A stretch of DNA of 59,348 nt, filler included, from Dugesia japonica (Eukaryota), in NCBI GenBank assembly GCA_001938525.1. It is 5 parts of 5 records of this genome, joined end to end, with 100 filler letters (N's around TTAATTAATTAA, not from the genome) between each part and the next. Parts side by side here need not be neighbours in the genome. Positions count along the whole stretch, not along the records: positions 35,643 to 44,591 come from MQRL01614203.1; positions 44,692 to 59,348 come from MQRL01525182.1; 3 more parts are not named here. The stretch is one strand, 5' to 3'. Shown here in pieces: positions 35,643 through 48,764 of this stretch. Under the pieces are notes generated by a model. That model was not told the DNA's origin. It saw only the letters and a program-made list of their open reading frames with translations, and made no database searches. The position numbers and the translations under genes were made by a program. Each line of letters begins with the position of its first letter. The stretch's first letter is position 1.

Positions 35643-37554
35643 AAATATCCCAAATTTAAAAAGAAATAAAACATAAGAAACAAAAAACTAGTAAACAATA
35701 AAAACAAATCCAATCCAAAAGAACTAAAGAACATTTTAAAGAAAATCAAAATCGAACCACAAAACAAAGTAGTACTCACAACAGAATATGTACTAGTAAA
35801 AAAACGTTTAGAAAAGGCTTTGAATCAAAATATTTAGACCGATTCAGATTAATCAAAGTCGACAAAAATGTCGCAACGAAGAAAATATGGCGACGAAGTT
35901 AAAATAAACCTTAGAAGAACCAAACTATATAATACAAAAAAAGAAAACAAGCATGTATCATTAAACACACGAAACGTAATAAAACTTTTCACAACAAAAA
36001 CTTAACCAGATAACATAAACTACAAAATAAAACCCAAAAACTTTAATTACATTCAAACAAAGCTAAACAAAAGAAACAACTCATATTGTTTTAGTGTTTT
36101 TTACATGTTTTTTGTCTATTTTTTTTACTTGTCAAGTACATTACACAGCGCCGGTTTGAACATTTGTGGGGCCGTGTGCGAGATTAGCCGCGGGGTTATT
36201 TTGTTTATTAATTTCCTTTGCTTTTTTTCAACCTAAGAGATTGGAATCTGCTATAATAATTTACTAATATAAAATATGATTGACATCACATCGTTCCATA
36301 TAAAACATATTTCAATAAATTATTTACCAACTTGCATAACTTAAACAAAAATATATATACGGTGCATACATATATAACAATTTTCATTTTTATCTGGATA
36401 ATATCAGTATTCTGAAAACTCCAATGTAATCATAATTTTGAAAAATGGAAATCATTAGTATCTTTATTTTATTGAAATAGAAACCCAAATAATAAACTTA
36501 TCTATTTAAAATGCACAGAATTAAGTAAATTTATTGTAGTTTTGAGAATAAATTTATGAATTTAAGTAAATTTCATNNNNNNNNNNNNNNNNNNNNNNNN
36601 NNNNNNNNNNNNNNNNNNNNNNNNNNAAATATCCCAAATTTAAAAAGAAATAAAACATAAGAAACAAAAAACTAGTAAACAATAAAAACAAATCCAATCC
36701 AAAAGAACTAAAGAACATTTTAAAGAAAATCAAAATCGAACCACAAAACAAAGTAGTACTCACAACAGAATATGTACTAGTAAAAAAACGTTTAGAAAAG
36801 GCTTTGAATCAAAATATTTAGACCGATTCAGATTAATCAAAGTCGACAAAAATGTCGCAACGAAGAAAATATGGCGACGAAGTTAAAATAAACCTTAGAA
36901 GAACCAAACTATATAATACAAAAAAAGAAAACAAGCATGTATCATTAAACACACGAAACGTAATAAAACTTTTCACAACAAAAACTTAACCAGATAACAT
37001 AAACTACAAAATAAAACCCAAAAACTTTAATTACATTCAAACAAAGCTAAACAAAAGAAACAACTCATATTGTTTTAGTGTTTTTTACATGTTTTTTGTC
37101 TATTTTTTTTACTTGTCAAGTACATTACACAGCGCCGGTTTGAACATTTGTGGGGCGCGAGATTAGCCGCGGGTTATTTTGTTTATTAATTTCCTTTGCT
37201 TTTTTTCAACCTAAGAGATTGGAATCTGATATAATAATTTACTAATATAAAATATGATTGACATCACATCGTTCCACATAAAACATATTTCAATAAATTA
37301 TTTACCAACTTGCATAACTTAAACAAAAATATATATACGGTACATACATATATAACAATTTTCATTTTTATCTGGATAATATCTGTATTCTGAAAACTCC
37401 AATGTAATCATAATTTTGAAAAATGGAAATCATTAGTATCTTTATTTTATTGAAATAAAAACTCAAATAATAAACTTATATATTTAAAATGCACAGAATT
37501 AAGTAAATTTATTGTAGTTTTGAGAATAAATTTATGAATTTAAGTAAATTTCAT
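35643..37554. repeat. Near-identical ~930-bp direct duplication (35643-36576 and 36627-37554) across a gap
   Basis: The copies differ by only a few SNPs and indels; probably assembly or haplotype redundancy. Confidence 0.9.
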
Positions 37555-38906
37555 AAGAAAAATATAAACAAAATGATCATGTTAAATTCATTATGAATTA
37601 AATGAGACAAATAACAGTTTCTTCTTTTTTCTTGCCATTTTGAATGGTAGTACGATTAAGATGATCTTTTAAAACCGGATCAAATCGAGCAATCAGTTCT
37701 AATAAACCTAAAAGGTTGCCATTGTGTGGTGAATATAGCGTATCACTACTTTCTCGGAAAGATAAATTATGTTCAGATAAATATAAAATTGCTCCGATTA
37801 TACATTCAAAAACCTTTTTCCAACGACATGTTTCAATACCAATTATCCGTTCATGTTCTTGATCTATTGTATTACAAATTTTTAGATTGTGTTCGGTTTG
37901 AAGAAAAGTCTGCATAGACTTTATATGATGCACTGATTGCTCAAGCGCTTTAAGCATTTGACTCAAATGAATTCAATCATTAAAACTATTATTGTGTAAT
38001 GATACATCAGTTTCNNNNNNNNNNNNNNNNNNNNNNNNNNNNAACATACTTTGTTAATAGTTTTCGAATATATTAGCCATCGTCTTTTTAGAGTTTGGCC
38101 GTTTGTAAATTTTCTATTGTGATATTTTTTAGAAAAAGATCTTTTATTTTTGTCTATAGGAAAATAGAAATTATTTATTTGAACAAGACCATGACGAATT
38201 AAAGCAATTCTGATATGTTTCGATATTTTACTTGGCCATGTACCAGGGTCTTCAAAATCTAATAGATTAATTTCTTCTGCGGTTTCAATATCGGGGTTTT
38301 TTTTATTCAAAATCATTACAGGGTTTTCTTCTTGTGGATCACTCTCAAAAATAATATTATAACTTGCCTCATTATTATTTTCTTCAAATTTGTTACCAGC
38401 ACCATCAGTATCGGTATCTTCAACTTCCATATTGCGACTGTGAGCTTCTACTTCTACAAAGACATATTTTAGCATACTATTACTTTGCTTTTTCTCCAGT
38501 AATTCACGCNNNNNNNNNNNNNNNNNNNNNNNNNNNNNNNNNNNNNNNNNNNNNNNNNNTTACTTGGCCATGTACCAGGGTCTTCAAAATCTAATAGATT
38601 AATTTCTTCTGCGGTTTCAATATCGGATTTTTTTTTATTCAAAATCATTACAGGGTTTTCTTCTTGTGGATCACTCTCAAAAATAATATTATTACTTGCC
38701 TCATTATTATTTTCTTCAAGTTTGTTACCAGCACCATCAGTATCGGTATCTTCAACTTCCATATTGTGACTGTGAGCTTCTACTTCTACAAAGACATATT
38801 TTAGCATACTATTACTTTGCTTTTTCTCCAGTAATTCACGCTTTAATTTGTTAAGTTTTTCACTTCCACTAAAATATTTTCTTCCTCGATCTCGATCTCT
38901 TCCCAT
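37130..38906 (-). mobile_element. hAT element (ZMYM1/Tip100-like; TTF zinc finger and DUF4371-type region) with 3'-deleted transposase
   Basis: SGSEK..K; DPGTWP; RSFS...NG...RRWLIYS; LSEHNLSFR..NGNLLGLLELIARFDPVLKDHL; terminus CAGCGCCGGTTT at 37130. The 5' part is duplicated across the gap at 38510-38559. Confidence 0.88.
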
Positions 38907-39589
38907 TTTACCAACTTAAATGTATACAATATATAAATATAGACAAATCTGCTATTTATACNNNNNNNCTGAGTATATATTTACCTATTTACCAATAAGA
39001 ATTATAATATCTATTATATTATAAACACAAACACTAGAAATTAATTATTTTTATACAAATTTAGCAAGTTCAATTTAAATACAAAAAATCTAAATACAGG
39101 ACACCAACCAATCCGATAGAATTCTCATAATGTATTGACAAAAATACAAAGTTGGAATATTCTTTGGTTTTTCCAATATTTTCAAAAACAAAGCCAACTG
39201 CAACAGAGCCAACTGCAACTATAAATTTGAATTTTCTTTAAAAAAAGTTTGAATTTGAATTTCTACCAATAGGGANCCACTAAATTTTTCCAAGTTAAAT
39301 TAACAAAAATAATAATGTATACATTTTTTTAGGTTTAAAAAAGCATTTAAAAACTTTTAAGGAAATTGATTGAATTCAAGGAAAGTTTAATATATTGTAT
39401 AAATTTTAAATTTTTTACTAGTATTTAATATATATTTCTTAATATTTCTAGTATTTGAATTATTTGTAAAAATTTTTGTTTATTGTGAAAGTTACCTTTT
39501 TGCTAATTATTCACTTTTTTCAAATTTTGAACAATTTATTTCTGAATGATAAAATTAAATATTTTCAAAAGTAAGAAAATAAACCAAGG

Positions 39590-39823
39590 CTTAGATAAAN
39601 AAATATTTTTTAAAAAATTTTTATGAAGGTTAAAAATTTCCAAAATTCAATTTTTTTCGACCGAAATTTTTGATTTTATTTTCTTAAGGAGTTGTGATTA
39701 AATAAATTGAATAAATCAATTACAACTCCTGAAGAAGATAAAATTGAAAATTTGGGGAAAAAATTAAATTTTGGAAAATTTTAACCTTCATAAAAAATTT
39801 TAAGAAAACATTTTTTTATCTAA
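39590..39823. repeat. ~230-bp palindrome made of inverted pLTR-like arms
   Basis: TTTATGAAGGTTAAAAATTTCCAAAATT...GGAGTTGT vs ACAACTCC...AATTTTGGAAAATTTTAACCTTCATAAA. Confidence 0.8.
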
Positions 39824-40329
39824 AATATTTAATTTTATTTTAAATAAAATAATATGGACTTTCTTACCGGATTTCCGTGAAAATTAATTAAAAATTATTA
39901 ATTTTATTAAATTTAAACAAAAATCATTAATTATTAATCAAAATCAAAAAATCATAAATCAAATATTTTGAAAAACAAATTTATTAAGTAAAATTTATTT
40001 TCAACTGCCAAGGTCAAAAACGATTTTTTTCTATTTTCATTGAGTTCAATATTTCGAATCAATATGAGTCGAATCAGAACACGATGAAATTATTAAAGGA
40101 ACTTTGATCTAACTGTGAGAAACATTGTGAATAATGTGCATTAATTAATACGTTATTCGAATTCCTATTTAAATGCTCTGTGACCTTAAATGTCTTGTAA
40201 TTAATAAAACACTGTCATCGTTACTGACTGTTTTCCGAGTAAAATCTAAGTTGAATCCACATTGTTTAGTTATATCATTAAATTGAAACAAATTTTCACA
40301 TCGGGAATGGGAATTTGTTATTATTTACT

Positions 40330-40683
40330 TCAAGAGGTCCAGTAAATCGAGTCAGCTGACTATCAGAGGAGCTACTGAACGAGCAGCATAAAAGTCGAAG
40401 AGTTAAAGAAAGTAAAGAAAGCAAAGAATTAAAAGAAGCGCGGAGAGAGGCGACGTAGTTACGAAGCAAGAACAGAATATTAAGAGATCGTGTGAGCGAA
40501 AGTCGCCACCGAGAGCTATCCCTCATGCATATTAATCGTATGATGTTGGGGATTAACAAGGGATAAGCTGATCGAGAAGGTGCGGTACTTGCCATTGTTC
40601 AAACTTTATGGCAAGAATACCAAAAGAAGAATGAAACACAAACAATTATCAACATCACAGAAGAAGAGGCGTTTGGTGAATAA
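40330..40683 (+). pseudogene. Coiled-coil protein pseudogene, homolog of 2269-2599
   Basis: KELKEARREAT*LRSKNRILRDRVSESRHRELSLMHINRMMLGINKG*ADREGAVLAIVQTLWQEYQ. Confidence 0.55.
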
Positions 40684-41029
40684 TGGACAGCATCATGAAA
40701 TAAATGTATTTAGAGCACTGATTTTGTTATTTAATTCCGTTGCTGAGATGTATAAAAGCTACGATGTGAAAGGGCAAGTAAATCGCTGAGCAGAAAATCA
40801 TTTCTTGCGATTCTTTACACAAGACAGGATACCACATAGTCCCGCGTGAATTCGTGGTAGATGTAACAGTACACGAAATACTGCCAAATTTCTACCGGCT
40901 TCGGGGTATGTACCCATAGAGTGAAGATATACACATGAACTGGATATGAAGAAAAGAAAAAGATCAATAAACCCTTGAAACCAAACATGATCATTATTTT
41001 ACAAATATATTTATCATCAGAAAAATTTT

Positions 41030-41100
41030 ATCAGTGGTCCGTCGGATTAAAAATTTTTGTATTAGTGGTCCGTGAATTTTCAAAGGTTGGCAACCACTAA
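41030..41100. mobile_element. hAT-Charlie-like terminal fragment
   Basis: AGTGGTCCG repeats ending AAGGTTGGCAACCACT. Confidence 0.55.
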
Positions 41101-41184
41101 TATAGAGTATCCAATTAACGTCAAAGTTTACAATATTTTAAACGAAAATTAATTTGTGAAATCCTTATTTTTGAATCCCATTAA

Positions 41185-41411
41185 CCAGTTAACTGCGGAA
41201 TTTATTCATGCAACTGTTCAATAATAAATAAAGTACAGTGAATTTCCTGTATAAAAGTAAAGTACGGAAAATACCAGGCGCATTAAGAAAATATTACTGA
41301 AATTTTGAGTTTTATCGAATTCTATTTTTTTTATTTTACACGTATTTGCGTCAACCTCACCCTAACCAAGATTTGGATATACATGTATACATGTCAAACG
41401 CAGTTAACTCG
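41185..41411. mobile_element. piggyBac-type MITE
   Basis: TTAA on both sides; TIRs CCAGTTAACTGCG / CGCAGTTAACTCG (one mismatch). Confidence 0.8.
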
Positions 41412-42885
41412 TTAAAGGAAAAACTTCTAACTTCAGCCATTTAAAATTCTCTTTGTGACTACATTCAAATCTAAATGGAGACTTTTTTCAAATAGTAATT
41501 TCCGCGGTATTTTGCATGTTTCATCATTACAAGTTCAACAATATGTTCTTCCTTTCTTATTATGTATCATTAATAAGAAATTATTAACACGAAAAAATTT
41601 AGTAGCAAGATATCAACATAATAACAGCTATTTTTAATAGTTATACAAAAATATTTTGTTTATTGATTTAAATTATTATCAACTTAAAATTTTTGAAAAT
41701 AATTTAACAGTAAAACATTACCATCAATATAACAAAGTCTAACAAAACTAATCATTAAAAACGAAGTTATATGAATTGCCGATAATCTAGAAAATCGGAT
41801 ATAATAAACCTAAGACTAATTCATTCATGTAAAAAAAATAATTATCATTTAAGGCAAAAGTATTTTAAAATATTAAAAACTGTTCTTATTTAATAAAATG
41901 ATTTAAAATACTTTAACTCAATTTGAATGTAGCTACAATTTGGTATACAGAGAAAATTTAACATCTTTGGATTTGAAAATTTTTTTTCTAAAATTTCAAT
42001 TACAGAAATTTCCAGCAACCATTGAAAATATAGCAAATTATAATTAGCAAACATAAAAAGAAAACATCAACAGTATTTTAATTTTTCTTTCATATGAGAA
42101 CTGTTTGTCTGAAATTTTCTTTTCATAAATAGAAAACAAGTTAAAATTTCATTTAAATATAACTGAAATGAAACGAAATTCCAAATCAAATTTAAATATT
42201 ATGCAATTTAATTATTTCAAAGTTTATGGGTATTGAATTAATATTTTCGGTTTATTAAAATCAATTTAAACGGAATGTTACAAAACATTAAATGGAATGG
42301 TGAATTACTTTTTGTTATAAAAATACATAAACGAAAAAAATTCAAATTTAACAATGTAATTTTCAAAATGGCTTACCGAAAATTAATGTTTTAAATTTTC
42401 CTATCAGATCCAATAATTATAAATTTCATATTAGACCGTATAAAAAATAGAAAGTTCAGTCTGACCTTTAATGCACTTTATAAACTAATTTCTAACATGT
42501 TTCAATATGATATTTTCAATTAAAGCAAGCAACAAAATTTGGATTTTACATAACTTGATTTTTGATTACGTGTTAATATTGAAATTTAAAAACTAATTTG
42601 TTGGAAAAATTACTTCAAAAGTAGGAATAAGAGAGTTAACAAATTTAAATAGCTTTATATTTCTCTAGTAATTAACACGACAAATTTACTTTATACAGAT
42701 TAATCATCAACAAAATCAGCTACAAAGACACTGAGTAATTTAACTAAACTCACTAATGAGTCAGAACTTGATAAATCGAAATTTTTGGACAAATACTTTG
42801 AATTTTCTGTAAATTATTAAATTTTAATGACATAAAAATAACGTTTAAAAAATATAAAATTAACAAACGCTAAGGATGTTTGAAA

Positions 42886-42957
42886 ATTAACAACTGGATA
42901 TGCTCGGTCAGTGGTGGTTACCTATCACCAATTAACCAAACATATCTCGAAGTTAAT
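42886..42957 (-). ncRNA. mir-190: pre-miRNA hairpin of the mir-190 family
   Basis: 5p AGAUAUGUUUGGUUAAUUGGUGA (42947-42925; seed GAUAUGU) pairs with 3p ACCACUGACCGAGCAUAUCCA; lower stem UUAAC/GUUAA. Confidence 0.93.
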
Positions 42958-43144
42958 CACAATAGCCTAACATAAAAGTCTAACCAAACACTGAAACCGT
43001 ATTGCAAAATAATAACCACGACTGTTTAAATCGAGTTTTAAATAACCTCACCAATTTCGATCACTAATCGCCCGAAATCAGCATAAATAGCTAGAAATAT
43101 TACTGCCAAATTCTAATCAATCCATGCTTGGTTCATGATTTTGT

Positions 43145-43360
43145 CAAAATAGCCAATAGAAAGTTAGATAAAAAATTTTCTACTAATATAACATACCAAT
43201 AAGAATGTGTGTTGGTATGTGTGCTCTTTGCCTCTATAGTTGTTAATTTTTCTATTGAATTCAATTATTGAACATTACCAGTTATGAAAAATACGTGTGT
43301 ATAGTATGTATGTAAAATTTTTCAGTGTTTATTAGCAATCCATTGGTTGATTGGTTTGTG
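43145..43360. promoter_or_regulatory. CCAAT-box cluster, candidate promoter of the mir-190 primary transcript
   Basis: AGCCAATAG, ACCAATAAG and ATTGGTTGATTGG lie within ~210 bp, upstream of the hairpin in minus-strand orientation. Confidence 0.4.
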
Positions 43361-44521
43361 TATGTTTATACTTTACCATAGAACTTCCGTTAGGATGTTT
43401 ATGTAGTTAGACAAAGACAATAGAGAGAATTCAATATAATTATAATAAACACATGATAGAAATCAATCAATATTTTAATGATTAAATTTATTTTAATAGA
43501 ATCAGTATATAAATATTAAGTTATGATTATTTTATGAAAACTTAATTTAAAACAATCTTGTTCAATCAACTCAGTGATATTCAACTGAAATTAAGTCATG
43601 CTGTGACCAAATAATTCTGTTATGCTTATTCATTGCTAGACAGATATGAAATGGTAGGCGGTAACTTTAACTACTTTGCTTTAATTGTAGCAATTGTATG
43701 TGATGTACGATCTAAAATTTCTTTAAAAATCTGACAACAAACAAACGCAAAAGTAAAATTCACTACTAAAATTTTGACGTCATCTGCGATATAAAACGAA
43801 GAGGAATTAGTTAGTATTAAATTATCATATTGCTAACTTCCTTAAATCTATCTGTGGTGACGAATTTGACAGCTCAATTCTTCTTGTTATTATAATTTAA
43901 TTTAAAACTTTCTTTCATTATAAAAATAACATTTGAATTTAGATTTTTTTTATTTGTCATAAAAAATTTTGTTCAATAAAACCAAACTAAATCGAAAAAA
44001 ATTTTGATTTGAAATTAACTATACATCAATTTATGATTTTTAAAATTAATTTAAATCCGGAAATGAAAGTATTTTTTAAATTACATTTTAACAGNNNNNN
44101 NNNNNNNNNNNNNNNNNNNNNNNNNNNNNNNNNNNNNNNNNNNNNNNNNNNNNNNNNNNNNNNNNNNNNTATTAAATAATTAAAATATCAATTTCGTACT
44201 CGGAGCAAACACCCCGTCTGTCCACTCCACTATAAACACCACTATAAACGAAATTAAATAAGATATGACGTTTTATTAATTTTAATCAGAAACAAGTACA
44301 ATTTAAAACATCGATATAAACTAGATAATAACGATGTAATTGTTACAAATTGCTTTTTTTCTGATCCAATTAGGGTTGCTAACTGTCTGTAAATTTACGA
44401 ACATTCTGTAAAAATTTGAACTAGAGTAACTTATCCGTTTAAGCCCTTAAGAACACTAGTATATCCGAAAGAAAACTAAGTCAAATTTTAAAAGCAAATG
44501 TTTAAATTTAACTAAATTTTA

Positions 44522-44527
44522 GTAGTA

Positions 44528-44591
<64 letters not shown>
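44522..44591. repeat. (TAA)n microsatellite
   Basis: Direct reading. Confidence 0.95.
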
Positions 44592-44691
44592 NNNNNNNNN
44601 NNNNNNNNNNNNNNNNNNNNNNNNNNNNNNNNNNNTTAATTAATTAANNNNNNNNNNNNNNNNNNNNNNNNNNNNNNNNNNNNNNNNNNNN
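44592..44691. other. Artificial contig spacer
   Basis: 44N + TTAATTAATTAA + 44N. Confidence 0.97.
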
Positions 44692-44869
44692 GAATTTTCT
44701 AACTTTTGAACTAAAATTCGACCATTCCAACTAGAATTCGATAAATATTTTCACGTATTCGTAACTAACAATCAAAATTCTTTCATACTAGCACTTCAAT
44801 TACTAGCACGATCGACGGCGGGGGGAGGCGGGGGGGGGTCGATGCCAGTGCGCTCATATATATCTACTA

Positions 44870-44965
44870 CCCGAAGAAGTTGGTTGCAATTTAGTAGGAA
44901 TATTTTGTCCCACCAAGCATACTCGATGGATCTAGCACCATCTGATTTCAATTTCTTTCTGATTT
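44870..44965 (+). pseudogene. mariner transposase fragment
   Basis: NILSHQAYSMDLAPSDFNFF. Confidence 0.75.
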
Positions 44966-45250
44966 TCTTCTAAAATAATTTTTTCATATTTTAAATTTTA
45001 CGAAATATTTTAAAATAATCTGATATTTCAGTTTCGAACATAAAATCTTTAAATTGGTTTGAAAAAGACAAATTTATATTTTGTATTTTTGTGTTGTCTT
45101 GTATTTGAATAAAATTTGGAAATTAAAAGTGTTAATTTTTTACATGCTACGATTGGTGTTATAGGCTATTCTAACAATAATAATAATGATAATAAAAAAA
45201 AATAATAATAACTATTATTAGTATAATTATAATAATAATTATTATTATTA

Positions 45251-45282
<32 letters not shown>

Positions 45283-45600
45283 NNNNNNNNNNNNNNNNNN
45301 NNNNNNNNNNNNNNNNNNNNNNNNNNNNNNNNNNNNNNNNNNNNNNNNNNNNNNNNNNNNNNNNNNNNNNNNNNNNNNNNNNNNNNNNNNNNNNNNNNNN
45401 NNNNNNNNNNNNNNNNNNNNNNNNNNNNNNNNNNNNNNNNNNNNNNNNNNATCAACATCAAAATTCAACTCCATAAAATTTATTTCAAATAAAAACTAAA
45501 CATCATTATTTGTTTAATCAAACAAATTAAAATCTATGCTTCAATTGAGAATTATTTTCTGATAAATTTAAAATTTTAAATTAAAACTTTATTTAAAATA

Positions 45601-46000
45601 CAGTCAATCCCGTCTAATCGGTACCCCGCCTAAATGGTACACCCGTCTAATCGGTGTCGGAAAAATGACGTTTTTTCCATTGCCCCGAATTTTTAACTAG
45701 AAAATCACACCATTCTGACGGGAAACATCAATTTCATAACCCCGCTTAATTGGTGTTTTTTTTTAATATTTCTAGCTAAAAAGACTATAAAATATAACTC
45801 TAATTTACATGAATATGTCATTTAAACTAAAATATAGATTTAGTTTAAATATTATTTATTATTTTATCGATTTTTTTAGAAAATGGGTATTCATTTGACA
45901 TTAAAAGAAAAAACAGAGATAATCAACTTTGCCAAGTTGCACAAAAAATATAAACCAAAAGATTGGAAATTACACTTTGAAAAAAATTATAAATAATATA
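45601..46000 (+). mobile_element. pogo/Tigger-like element, 5' end
   Basis: TA|CAGTCAATCCCGTCTAATCGG terminus with CCCGYCTAA subrepeats; MGIHLTLKEKTEIINF resembles a CENP-B/psq-type HTH start (45882). Confidence 0.75.
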
Positions 46001-46063
46001 TAAATTAAAATTCCAAAAGCTCAAAATAAATGAAAACATATCAATTGTAAATTTAAATGTATA

Positions 46064-47322
46064 CTACCATGATCAAAAAATACCCGGTCAACCCCATTTA
46101 AAATTCACACACAAATACTATAGATTTAAATCTTATTTTTAATAATTGCTACATATTTGTTTCAGTGCATAACCAAATTTCATCTGAACAAATTGTAATT
46201 TGAAAAAGCTACAGCAATTTATGTTAATATGTATGATATAATTGAACAAAGAATTTGTATTAAATTCTGCGTCAAAAACAATACAATACCTTGAAAATGC
46301 TATAGAAATGCTATGACAACAATGCTTTATCAAAATCAACAACTAATGCCAGTTTTAGATGGTCGTAAGACTGTAACAGACGATCCTAGATCTGGAAGAC
46401 CATCAACCTCAAAGAACGACAAAAATATCAAAGAAATAAATTCATTATTAATGGAAAACAGGAAATTGACTATCACAAAGATTGTTGAAAATGCAGGAAT
46501 ATCATATGAGACAGTTCAAACCATTTTGCATGCGGATTTGGATTGAAATATGATGCCGCAAGACTTGTTCCATGTGAATTGAACATTTTTCAAACATTTA
46601 GTCGTGTTGAAATTTCAAAGGACATGTTCTCTAACGTTGATTCTGATGAAACATTTATAAAATGTATAATTTTTGGTGACGAAGCGTGGGTGTTTGAGTA
46701 TGAAACTCAGATAAAACACCATTTAAGTCAATAACAGTCTCTGAAAGAGCCAAAACCGATAAATCCCCTGCATGTTCAGTCAAAAATGAAGGTCATGCTG
46801 ACCGTTTTCATCGATTAAAATGGAGTTGTACACCATGAATTTATTCCGGAATGTCAAACAATAAACAAGGAGTATTATCTAGGGGTTATAAGACAATTGC
46901 GTGAAGCTGTTCGTTTGAAAAGAAAAGATTTGTGGAGAAATAATTCCTGGATTTTACACCATGACAATGCACCAGCTCACAATGCAATAGTTATTGGAGA
47001 TTTTTTGCAAAAATTCAATACAAATTCCAACAAGCTTCGAACTCACAAGATATGGCTGTTTGCGACTTTTTCTTATTTAATAGGCTTAAAAAACCACTTC
47101 GAGGAAAACGTTTTGATACCCCTGAAGCGATCAAACAAAAAACAAAGGATGTATTGTTGAATATACCAAAGAAGAAGTTACAGAAGGCATTTGAAAATTG
47201 GATTACACGCTGGCATATGTACATTGAGGTTAATGGATACTACTTCAAAGGTAACAATTAAAATTGTGTTGAAATAGTTTCATTTTAAATTGAGTTGATC
47301 GGGTATTGTTTGATCAGGGTAG
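46064..47322 (+). mobile_element. Full-length decayed mariner (DD34D)
   Basis: TIRs CTACCATGATCAAAAAATACCCGGTCAAC vs reverse complement CTACCCTGATCAAACAATACCCGATCAAC; DDPRSGRP; ARLVPCEL; GDEAW; HHDNAPAH; DMAVCDFFLF. Confidence 0.95.
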
Positions 47323-47324
47323 CA

Positions 47325-48480
47325 TGCTTTAATTCTCACTGATTTTCAATAATAATAGGAAATGTAAATAAAAACTCTAAATACATTCATTTTTACATAA
47401 CATCTCATTCAAAGTTAAGTCCATCATTGCTAACAAAATTTCCCCACCATTCTGGCATTCTAGACATCATAATGATTGCTGTTCACAAAAGCCATGTTGA
47501 TCGAAAAAGGTAATAATCACTTGATGCAATGTCTGGTGAGTATGGCCGGTAAGGTAACACTTCCCATCTGAATTCTGCTAAAATCGATGAGTAGGGTCAA
47601 ACAATATCATGCTGTATCAACACCCTCTCATGTCTATTAGAATAGTCTGGTCGTTTTTCAAGCAATGCTTGCCTCATTTTTATTAATTGTTGTTGATAAC
47701 GCCAAACATCAACCGTTTCACGTTTGTTCGGAAGCTTAAATTAAATAATCACCCTCTGATCCCAAAAAATGGATACCATCACTTTTTTCTATGCAAATCT
47801 CGTTTTGGTTTTGATTTTCCGGGTTGAACAGGCTTTATCCATGATTTTCTTAGTTTTGAATTTTCATGAGAAATCCATTTTTCATCTCAAGACAATACAA
47901 TGTAAAAAGGACTTTTTCCTTTGCCTGTCTGACAAATGTCTAATCGTTTTGCGATATGTGCTTTTTTCTATTGATGAGGCAATCATTTACCTACTTTCTG
48001 TTTGTATACAATGGCATTTATTTACATTAATTATTTACATTCAATTGTTTTGGATCGATCTTTGATCAACACCTTTTCAAAATCTTCATCTGAAAGCGCT
48101 TCAGTTGACCTGTACGTTGTTTATCTTGCAAATCAAAGCCACTCATTTTGAATTGCCGAAACCATACTCTACAGCCTGTTTCAGACAGAGCATGGTTGCC
48201 ATAAGCTTGTGAAAGTATCCAAGACTTTCTGCATCACTTATTTTGAGATGAAAACAAAAACGTAACACCTCTCACAAATGTGCGTTTTTTGGAATAAAAC
48301 TAGTCATATTAAATGGATCGGTTTTCGTTTGCTGTACAACTTAACTAAATAATATACCATTATTTTAACATTTAAATATTAATACTTAACAAATTTTACT
48401 GATTGATTTAAATTATCGCTAAAATATTTATATAAGTTAATTAATTAAAACAAACCACGAGAATTAATGCGACTACCTAA
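47325..48480 (-). mobile_element. Decayed mariner, Mos1/mauritiana-like
   Basis: ATG at 48307: MTSFIPKNAHL*EVLRFCFHLK..; IFWDQRV; IQHD; WEVLPYRPYSPDIASSDYYLFRS. Confidence 0.9.
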
Positions 48481-48764
48481 TAATACCTAATAAATTAAAT
48501 TGTAAAAATAAATTATGTAAAAATACAAAATCTATATGAAAACAAATAATTGATTCATGATAATATGTATGTATTGTTGATAAATGGTGTATCTAAAAGA
48601 GGAACAAATATTGATAATAAATATAAATATATAAATTAAAATAAATTCCGAACAACACAAATCATCGTAAAAAATGCAAAATTATTTTTGTAGGTGAAAG
48701 TTTTTGTAGGTGATTAAAAACACATTATGAAAACTTTAAATAATTAAATTTAGATGAAATAATA

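Noticed and set aside
35643-36080. Lys/Asn-rich frame as a Penelope ORF N-terminus
   Set aside because: Only a weak NVIxL resemblance, multiple stops, and no linked RT.
35643-38840. Direct duplications (also 850-1637) as LTRs or real tandem genes
   Set aside because: Each pair is near-identical and straddles an N gap, typical of uncollapsed haplotype overlaps.
43015-43075. Second hairpin near mir-190 as a clustered miRNA
   Set aside because: Pairing is short and interrupted, with no recognisable seed.
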